From the IMG/VR virus record IMGVR_UViG_3300037587_000312, positions 96,552 to 121,737 of that record: a DNA stretch of 25,186 bases; one strand, given 5' to 3'. The stretch is from a virus. Its lineage: Duplodnaviria; Heunggongvirae; Uroviricota; Caudoviricetes. Below the pieces are notes generated by a model, which saw only the letters and a program-made list of their open reading frames with translations, was not told the origin of the DNA and did not search any database. Shown in pieces: positions 16,355 to 22,751 of this stretch. The first letter of the stretch is position 1, and each line of letters opens with the position of its first letter. The translations under genes and the position numbers were made by a program.

Positions 16355-16696
16355 TCAGCTGGCTCCTTCCAAGTCAACATTATTTATTTCCTCTTGAGCC
16401 TTGAGATAATTATGCCATTTACGCCCATTCCCGAGACCGTAATACCATGCTGGTTCACGTTTTCTCATCCAAGGATAATACCAACCATTCCAAATTTCGG
16501 GGTAGTTATCATACAAATCCCAATCTTCAGCTACAAGGTCAATATCCTTAGGATACCAGCCACCACTCCACCCGCTTCTATACGGGTTATAGCGACTGTC
16601 TTCCACATACCTGACGAACTGTTTTGGTGAATGCCAAGCTATGCGCCTAACAGGGTATCCTGCTATAGCGAGTAACATGGCCTCTTCATAGGTCAT
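16355..16696 (-). CDS. Tad2/DUF2829-like protein with aromatic C-terminal extension
   Basis: MTYEEAM..AGYPVRRIAW..WYPKDIDLVAEDW matches the DUF2829 pattern M.F.EAl..G..V.R..W..W.Ps..D.lA.DW. About 50 extra residues follow. Confidence 0.72.
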   Translation of the reverse strand: MTYEEAMLLAIAGYPVRRIAWHSPKQFVRYVEDSRYNPYRSGWSGGWYPKDIDLVAEDWDLYDNYPEIWNGWYYPWMRKREPAWYYGLGNGRKWHNYLKAQEEINNVDLEGAS

Positions 16697-16920
16697 GAAG
16701 CATCTTCAATGTTTAAATTCATGCAAATGTCATGGTATGCTTTAGAAACGATCTCCAAGTTATCATTTGTCGTTGCTTTGAGACACGCCTCTGCACAAGC
16801 ATGGCGAGTGTCTCTATCCTGAATCTTGAGGAGTAAGCTTAAATCCTTAACATCCTTATCTGTGAAAGTTCCTCCGCGCCACTCGAAGAAATCCAGAGCC
16901 TTTTCTTTCATGGTTTTCAT
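16693..16920 (-). CDS. Hypothetical protein
   Basis: 75 aa ORF with an AAGGGG RBS. Confidence 0.65.
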   Translation of the reverse strand: MKTMKEKALDFFEWRGGTFTDKDVKDLSLLLKIQDRDTRHACAEACLKATTNDNLEIVSKAYHDICMNLNIEDAS

Positions 16921-16969
16921 ATAATCCCCTTAATTCGTTGATCTGTGTCAAGCTTTTAGTCAATACTGG

Positions 16970-16997
16970 TTGCGGTATCGCGAATCTATGATATAAT
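16970..16997 (+). promoter_or_regulatory. Extended -10 sigma70 promoter for the GIY-YIG gene
   Basis: TTGCGG (16970-16975)-N16-TATAAT (16992-16997) with TG at 16989-16990 (TGnTATAAT). Confidence 0.7.
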
Positions 16998-17035
16998 GTC
17001 TAATTGACCTTTTAATTTTATTCCTGAGACTCCTC

Positions 17036-17704
17036 ATGTTCCATATTCTATACCAAACCACAAACCTAGTCAACAATAAACTCTATATTGGTGTTCATTC
17101 TACCGAAGATCTTGGGGATGGTTACCTTGGTTCAGGGGTTCATCTCCAACGTGCTGTGAAGTATTATGGCAGAGAGAACTTTGAACGTCAAGTACTTTGT
17201 TTCACTGATTCTGCCGAAGATGCTTATGAAATTGAGGAGCTTATTGTTGACCTAGAGTTCATATCCCGAAAAGATACTTATAACCTAGCTATTGGTGGTA
17301 TTGGAGGAGTGCCTTCCCAGTTTGTTTCTCAGGAAACTAGACAAAAGATGTCTGAGAGTAAGAAAGAATCCTATCAAGGGGAAAATCATCCGCGTTTTGG
17401 GACTAAACATACCCAAGAAACCAAAGATAGGATTTCCTTAACTAAGACAGGTGTAAAACTTTCAGAGGAGGTCATACAAAAGTTGAGTGAGCGTAATAGC
17501 GGTAGCGGAAACCCTAACTTTTCCGGTTACTGGTATACACCCCAAGGTACGTTCGATTCTTGCCTGAAAGCTGGGAAAGCGAATGGGGTTAACCGAAAAA
17601 CTATAGTTAATCGATGTAAACCAACCGAGCCAATCCAAAGACCCCTGAAGTTACGAGGTAGGGCTTGGAAAGAACTCGGTTGGTGGTTCGAACCTAAGGA
17701 TTAA
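17036..17704 (+). mobile_element. Free-standing GIY-YIG homing endonuclease (Seg-like) with NUMOD3 repeats
   Basis: HILYQTTN..KLYIGVH, YLGSG, YGRENF, YNLAIGG, and repeats SQETRQKMSESK, HTQETKDRIS, SEEVIQKLSE. Confidence 0.92.
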
Positions 17705-19029
17705 GAGGCATCTTCCAAATCCACGTTACTTTCTTTGTAGATGCCCTCTAATACGCGGAAACAATATGACTTACTTTTATAAAACTTAGGTGCCATTTTC
17801 TCACCATCCATTCGGATAACAATACCTTCGCTGATGTGACTTGGGTCAGTGAGATCCTCACACATCACATCTCGACGCTCAGTCAATTCATCAACCAGAG
17901 CAGCCAACTTCTCTTGGTCTCCATCATACACGATATCATCATGCACTCGGAAGGTAGACTCTAGACCACGGTCCTTAGCCCACTTGATAACCTGTGAAGG
18001 TGTCATTTCCCAAACAGTTCCATCCTCAAGTGCCTGAGTCACACGGTAAACGAAGAATCGGTTCTGACCTTCATTACATCCATAAGAATAAGTCATAGTT
18101 TCACCATACTTCTTAGTGAACTTCTTATCCTTCATCACATGAGTCCCATGAACACCCATGATAGGTGATCCATTAGCGAATCCTACGATCTCACCATAGA
18201 CAGTCACACCTTTGTCCATAAAAGGCTTCAGCACATTTAACCAATCAAAACGCCACTGTTCAGGACCATTGAATCCAGCCTTCTGCTCCTGACCTTCAAA
18301 TAGGACTACACGACGAGTACCAGCAACATACTGCCAAGACTTTAGGCTAGGCATACCACCAAAGTTCCACTTAAACTTCTCCCACCAAGACATATTATCA
18401 TAGTTCTTCTCAACCAAAGTGTGGCTGTATCGAGCTGAAGTGCCATGCAGTTTGCTGTGGAATGATAATACAGTTCCAACAGGGATAGTCTGCAAGTAAT
18501 ACTTAAACTGCTCAGTATCAACGTGACGAGCAAACAAAGGAGTTTCAACAGCCTTAAGTTGCTTCTTAGCTTGACCTTGTGCCATGGCATTCTTGGTCTT
18601 CTCAGAGACAAACTTCTGGCAGATCTCCTTACCGTCTAAACTGTCAAACTGGAAGCCTTCTACTAGCTTCTCCGTTGCGTCTTCACTGTGTAGGTAACTT
18701 TTCGCACCGATATAATCAAAGAAACTCAATGGGCAAAAATACCCTTCGCTCTTGACTTTGAGGAACGGTTGTGCTCGAACTCGACGGTTATTATCGAAGA
18801 AACCAGCCTTGGTCTCATCCTTATTCTTTTCTGACTTACGGAATAGGTTATTCTCGTGACAGAATTCTTCACTTAATTGCAGATCAGGTTGGAAAAATAC
18901 TCCGATATCACCCACAACAGTATCCTTGCCCACGATAACCGCTTCACCCAGTACGTAAGCGATGTGGATGCGATCTGCACCCTTAATGTCTTCAGTTCGT
19001 GCTACAACAGCTACGATTGCTTTATGCAT
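17701..19029 (-). CDS. ATP-dependent RNA ligase with N-terminal OB-like domain (Rnl2/DRB0094-type)
   Basis: Motif I KLHGTS, III VYGEIVG, IIIa FFVYRV, IV EGIVIR and V FYKSKS; N-terminal GADRI..GDIGVFF. Start revised to 19029 (TAATG overlap). Confidence 0.88.
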   Translation of the reverse strand: MHKAIVAVVARTEDIKGADRIHIAYVLGEAVIVGKDTVVGDIGVFFQPDLQLSEEFCHENNLFRKSEKNKDETKAGFFDNNRRVRAQPFLKVKSEGYFCPLSFFDYIGAKSYLHSEDATEKLVEGFQFDSLDGKEICQKFVSEKTKNAMAQGQAKKQLKAVETPLFARHVDTEQFKYYLQTIPVGTVLSFHSKLHGTSARYSHTLVEKNYDNMSWWEKFKWNFGGMPSLKSWQYVAGTRRVVLFEGQEQKAGFNGPEQWRFDWLNVLKPFMDKGVTVYGEIVGFANGSPIMGVHGTHVMKDKKFTKKYGETMTYSYGCNEGQNRFFVYRVTQALEDGTVWEMTPSQVIKWAKDRGLESTFRVHDDIVYDGDQEKLAALVDELTERRDVMCEDLTDPSHISEGIVIRMDGEKMAPKFYKSKSYCFRVLEGIYKESNVDLEDAS

Positions 19030-19331
19030 TATGTAATCTCCTCTAATATTCTTAATCGTTGTGCCAATACCCACATACCGCCTTGGGATTCAGGTCGTTT
19101 GTGATACTCAAAATCCTCCACCTCCACCTTGTACCATTTACGATCTTTCTCAGACAGGTGAGGGGCTTCAGGACGGAGAGTACAATGCCATCCCGGCCTA
19201 TGAGCATAACCTTTAGTTGGGATATCCTCAGCATCATACCAAACATTCAGTGACAGTCTCTGTCTACGGTTGATGAACAATGGCCCAATGCTACCGTCTT
19301 TCTTAACACTAAACAGTTTGTATCCTATCAC
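19029..19331 (-). CDS. Hypothetical protein coupled to the RNA ligase
   Basis: 100 aa with GYKLF..RPGWHC..APHL..RPESQGGMW motifs. Confidence 0.7.
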   Translation of the reverse strand: MIGYKLFSVKKDGSIGPLFINRRQRLSLNVWYDAEDIPTKGYAHRPGWHCTLRPEAPHLSEKDRKWYKVEVEDFEYHKRPESQGGMWVLAQRLRILEEIT

Positions 19332-19517
19332 TTATCTACCTCCAAAACAATGAGAATCAACACCCTCATTGAAGCCTTCACTCATACCATGTTGATAACC
19401 TTGGTCGTAACCTTCACTACGACCCTCCTCCAGACCCTCTTGGTAACCTTCATGGTGGCCTTGGTCTAAACCTTGTTGGTGCGCATTGTCTAAATCATCT
19501 TGTGTAAAGTTATTCAT
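19332..19517 (-). CDS. GxxxG-repeat (FliH/Yae1-like) miniprotein
   Basis: Ten Gly residues at exact 4-residue spacing from G16 to G52. Confidence 0.7.
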   Translation of the reverse strand: MNNFTQDDLDNAHQQGLDQGHHEGYQEGLEEGRSEGYDQGYQHGMSEGFNEGVDSHCFGGR

Positions 19518-19798
19518 TTCTTATCCCCCATCCTCTTCAATTTACGTAACCACTTACTTTTCTCTGCTGTAAGTGAATCAATAGATGTTTTCATTCGGAT
19601 CATTTGATGCTGGGAGTCTTCCAGTTCATGAAGAGCATTCCTGAGATCTTTTTTAAGGATAGTGATCTCACGCCCATCCTGATTACGTTTCTGTTTGGAT
19701 TCTCTACTCAGCCTCTTTGATCTTTGGATTTTTACCTTCGCTTGGTCCAAACCCCGCCGGTATGCATTATCTAGATCCTCTTGTGTAAAGTCATTCAT
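19460..19798 (-). repeat. Imperfect 58-bp direct repeat (19460-19517 and 19741-19798) encoding the N-termini of two adjacent genes
   Basis: 47/58 nt identical by manual alignment; MNNFTQDDLDNAHQQGLDQ vs MNDFTQEDLDNAYRRGLDQ. Confidence 0.9.
19514..19798 (-). CDS. Basic coiled-coil protein (94 aa)
   Basis: Start revised to 19798 (AAGGGG RBS). The GTG start in the track overlaps the promoter -10 box. Confidence 0.7.
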   Translation of the reverse strand: MNDFTQEDLDNAYRRGLDQAKVKIQRSKRLSRESKQKRNQDGREITILKKDLRNALHELEDSQHQMIRMKTSIDSLTAEKSKWLRKLKRMGDKK

Positions 19799-19840
19799 AA
19801 TCTTCCCCTTAAACGTAAAACCCTCGATTTCATGTACGTA

Positions 19841-19869
19841 AGAGTACACTTCCTCGAGGGTTCTGTCAA
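19841..19869 (-). promoter_or_regulatory. Sigma70-like promoter embedded in an inverted repeat
   Basis: TTGACA (19869-19864)-N17-TACTCT (19846-19841) in the intergenic gap. Confidence 0.7.
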
Positions 19870-19878
19870 GCTTTAATT

Positions 19879-20121
19879 TTAAACATTTTCTGGTACATCA
19901 GGCACTTTCTTGTTGGGCCAAGCCTTGATAAGTTTCAGATGTTGTGACATCCGCTCAGCCACACCAAATGCGCCGCTCTCCTTACAACGAAGAATGTAAA
20001 ACTCTATAACCTCCTCCGTTAAGCAGTCTTGTCCTCGAAAAAGGACAACCGGCTCATCAATCGGGATTAACTCCAATCGATCCTGTACTCTTGCCGTGTA
20101 GTCACCTCTTGCGTGAATCAT
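19879..20121 (-). CDS. Small hypothetical protein with IPxDEPVxLFRxQD motif
   Basis: 80 aa; AGGAG RBS. Confidence 0.7.
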   Translation of the reverse strand: MIHARGDYTARVQDRLELIPIDEPVVLFRGQDCLTEEVIEFYILRCKESGAFGVAERMSQHLKLIKAWPNKKVPDVPENV

Positions 20122-20130
20122 CTTTCTCTC

Positions 20131-20310
20131 CTAATCTAATGAAAACTCTTGTGGATAAATCTTTACTGCCTCTGGATAGGGAATCCACTTATTATTGTAC
20201 TGTATTCGAATCATCCTATCACAATCCACATAGTACATTGCTTTGCTGGCACAGATCTTCTTCATTGCCTTCCCCATCAATACTGGGTCGTTAAAATCGT
20301 ACTCAATCAT
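20131..20310 (-). CDS. Hypothetical protein (59 aa)
   Basis: Not in the track. MIEYDFNDPVLMGK..; GGAG RBS; fills the gap exactly. Confidence 0.6.
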   Translation of the reverse strand: MIEYDFNDPVLMGKAMKKICASKAMYYVDCDRMIRIQYNNKWIPYPEAVKIYPQEFSLD

Positions 20311-20890
20311 TCAATAGCCACTCCTGTATACGTTCTAAATCATCTGGATTATTTATATTAAACCGTGGGACATTGTGCTTCTTCCCTAATTCCCACGCTG
20401 TCGATGTTCCTCCTGAGATTGTGTCCTCCCCTGTCATAGGTGCCCAGCAGATTAGAAATTTACTTGGTGTTTGCAAGTCATCTCCCAATAACTGCAATAC
20501 ATTCCGAGCATGCATAGCTTTAGCACCCTTTCCACATCTTTCCCAAGCTGGGTGAATCTCTTCTGCCATTTTCCTAGCTTTAAATCCAACTTCCTTACTT
20601 CTACAAAAGGGTGTTCTGAAACACCCCCAATAATGATCTACATTATATTGGTTGAATCCGTCCCAAGGTAGATAAATACCCTCAGGACGCTTCAGCGCAT
20701 CTCCATAGTGGTGATGATAGTAGTATCGACAAACACCTTGCCAGAACGCATCATCTGCCCCATCAGCGGCTCCTGACCGTAGAATATAACCATCACCCTT
20801 TAGCTTGAATGCAATATCACTCAATATCTTTTGCATAGGCTCTGGTGTGAGCCTCGCACCTATACCAGTATAATATTTAGTAGTACTCAT
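20303..20890 (-). CDS. SLOG superfamily (DprA/YpsA-like Rossmann fold) protein
   Basis: YTGIGARLTP, LRSGAADGADDAF, HARN..Q.LG, FLICW, GGTSTA. Start revised to 20890. Confidence 0.8.
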   Translation of the reverse strand: MSTTKYYTGIGARLTPEPMQKILSDIAFKLKGDGYILRSGAADGADDAFWQGVCRYYYHHHYGDALKRPEGIYLPWDGFNQYNVDHYWGCFRTPFCRSKEVGFKARKMAEEIHPAWERCGKGAKAMHARNVLQLLGDDLQTPSKFLICWAPMTGEDTISGGTSTAWELGKKHNVPRFNINNPDDLERIQEWLLND

Positions 20891-21146
20891 CTGGTTCATA
20901 GTCCTTATCAATATCCTCCACTAAGAGATCAAAAACTACTTCTTCCTCTCCCAGTAATCTTATGAGTTCCTCTTCTAAAATGTAATCATCTTCATCATCA
21001 ATCCACCACTCGAGTAATTGATAATCAAAGGAGTAGGAACTAGGATAACAATCCTCCATAGGTCCATATGAGTTACCCTTTTCGTAGTTGTAGTCATATT
21101 CGATTTCGATGCACCATCCACCGAAACAGACCTCTACCCTACTCAT
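20877..21146 (-). CDS. Highly acidic small protein
   Basis: 89 aa, dominated by Asp, Glu and Tyr with very few basic residues. Confidence 0.65.
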   Translation of the reverse strand: MSRVEVCFGGWCIEIEYDYNYEKGNSYGPMEDCYPSSYSFDYQLLEWWIDDEDDYILEEELIRLLGEEEVVFDLLVEDIDKDYEPDEYY

Positions 21147-21924
21147 CTATCGCCTCCAATACGCTTTTCTCAATCTTCTTACGTAAAGAGGTTGTACTGG
21201 CGTTCTTCTTATACGTAACTTCCATCAGGTCGAGGATTCGAAAACAAAGGCTACGTTCAGTCTCCCCTTCGATAACCGCCAATTCCAACTTTCCAGTTTC
21301 CTTGTCTACCGCCCCCAAAAGCTCATCTGTATCGAGTTCAACAATCTCAATAAAGGGTGATTCCTCCATCTCTGCCTCACGAGAATCAACCATCTTCTGA
21401 CAACGACTAAGAATCTCTTCAGCAGGGTAATAATAGATCTTCCCTTCGAGCATATCCTCAATCTCTTTGTCTGAGAGGAACCCCTTATAGGCATCTCTCA
21501 TGATGGTCTCTGCCCACTTAACATCGAAATCCATCTCTGCTTTTAGCTCATGACCTGATCCATAAAGACCCCCGTTGTAGTTATGGCACATAAATTTACA
21601 GTGATCTGAAACTTCGAACCCGTGGCTAGCCAAGAACATGAATGTGTAGGCTGATTGGCACTCACCCTCAACCGATCCTATAATTGTTCCCTTACACTCC
21701 TTGAAACAACGTAGGAATTGTATCATGGTGAAAGCATTACCACCGGGACCATTGTAATGGCACTTAAGTACATCATCCACATCCATATTACGGATCAGTT
21801 CAAATTCCTCTCTGTAATCCTCTGGGTTCCCTAAAGAACCATCAAAGTAAATCGCATACTTATTGATGATCTTAGACTGACCAAAAATTCTCTGTACTTT
21901 GAATAGATTCTCTGCTTGACTCAT
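21139..21924 (-). CDS. ClpP-like (peptidase S14) protein with C-terminal extension
   Basis: YNGPGG (NSPGG), ECQSAYTF (catalytic Ser), FMCH (catalytic His). GGAGG RBS. Confidence 0.85.
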   Translation of the reverse strand: MSQAENLFKVQRIFGQSKIINKYAIYFDGSLGNPEDYREEFELIRNMDVDDVLKCHYNGPGGNAFTMIQFLRCFKECKGTIIGSVEGECQSAYTFMFLASHGFEVSDHCKFMCHNYNGGLYGSGHELKAEMDFDVKWAETIMRDAYKGFLSDKEIEDMLEGKIYYYPAEEILSRCQKMVDSREAEMEESPFIEIVELDTDELLGAVDKETGKLELAVIEGETERSLCFRILDLMEVTYKKNASTTSLRKKIEKSVLEAIDE

Positions 21925-22094
21925 TGAATACCTCCTTCATAAATAAATTGTTCCAGTAGATTCAGGGACTCTTCAATCGTATCGCAAGCGAACCCTTTAC
22001 TCTCCCACCGACCATTTGTTTCATACCAACACCAACACGATGTTCCTTCTAAGCCTACCTTTCTATCTTTAATGAACTTAATATACTGTTCCAA
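21921..22094 (-). CDS. Hypothetical protein (57 aa)
   Basis: Not in the track. TTG start 6 nt after AGGAGGA; the stop overlaps the clpP-like ATG. Confidence 0.6.
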   Translation of the reverse strand: MEQYIKFIKDRKVGLEGTSCWCWYETNGRWESKGFACDTIEESLNLLEQFIYEGGIQ

Positions 22095-22151
22095 CTATTG
22101 TCCTCCTATAAGAGGGCATCCTTACCCCATTTGTAATCCTTTAAGTGTACA

Positions 22152-22751
22152 TTAACTGCACCGTGATCCTCCACAATCCAAGCAATTCATACAACCCTCT
22201 GAGAACACTAGTGTGCCTCCACATTCACTGCAAGAACTATCTTCAACCTTTTCACCGTCCTTAATATAACAAGCCAAGAATTTCTTGATCTGGAAAAGGA
22301 AACTGCCCACAAACACATCTTCCATCTTATCCAGCTCAGCTACAATATTCTTAATCAGGACACCATGACGAAGAAGAAGGCTAATAACTCTGGTGAGCTT
22401 ACTGACGTTACTCTCTGAATTTGTCTTTTCAAGAGTCCCATTAATATGCTTCTTAGCGATCTTCTTCTTCCTTGCCAGTTTAACCAACCGATCAACAGCA
22501 TCGCTAGTCTGAGCTGATTTATCTGAAGAGTTTGTATGGCAAAATAGTGCAAAAGGCTGCTCAGTTTCTTCGTGGTAAACAACCGTTAAATACCACTTCT
22601 TCCCTCCGGTTCTAAGCACTTTCATCCGTGCGGGAGAATCATCTGGCAATGTAACATCATCAGGGGTAATAACCTCCTCTGTCGGTGTTACATGGTTTGC
22701 ACCATCTTGAACTAACTCAAATCTCTCAATTTTACTATTAAAGCTAATCAT
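22152..22751 (-). CDS. nrdJb: Class II ribonucleotide reductase small chain (TSCPD domain plus Zn ribbon)
   Basis: PFALF, TRVISLLLRHGV, and C-terminal CSECGG..EGCMNCLDCGGSRC. TAATG-coupled to nrdJa. Confidence 0.85.
   Translation of the reverse strand: MISFNSKIERFELVQDGANHVTPTEEVITPDDVTLPDDSPARMKVLRTGGKKWYLTVVYHEETEQPFALFCHTNSSDKSAQTSDAVDRLVKLARKKKIAKKHINGTLEKTNSESNVSKLTRVISLLLRHGVLIKNIVAELDKMEDVFVGSFLFQIKKFLACYIKDGEKVEDSSCSECGGTLVFSEGCMNCLDCGGSRCS

Noticed and set aside
19373-19472. 12-nt periodicity as a CRISPR array or tandem DNA repeat
   Set aside because: It is fully explained by Gly codons every fourth residue, and there are no spacers or cas genes.
19460-19798. 58-bp repeat as a diversity-generating retroelement TR/VR pair
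   Set aside because: Mismatches are not confined to adenines on either strand, the repeat is at the 5' ends of the genes, and no reverse transcriptase is in the window.
22110-22150. Terminator after nrdJb
   Set aside because: Only a weak GGGGTA/TGCCCT stem with G-U pairs and no real U tract.
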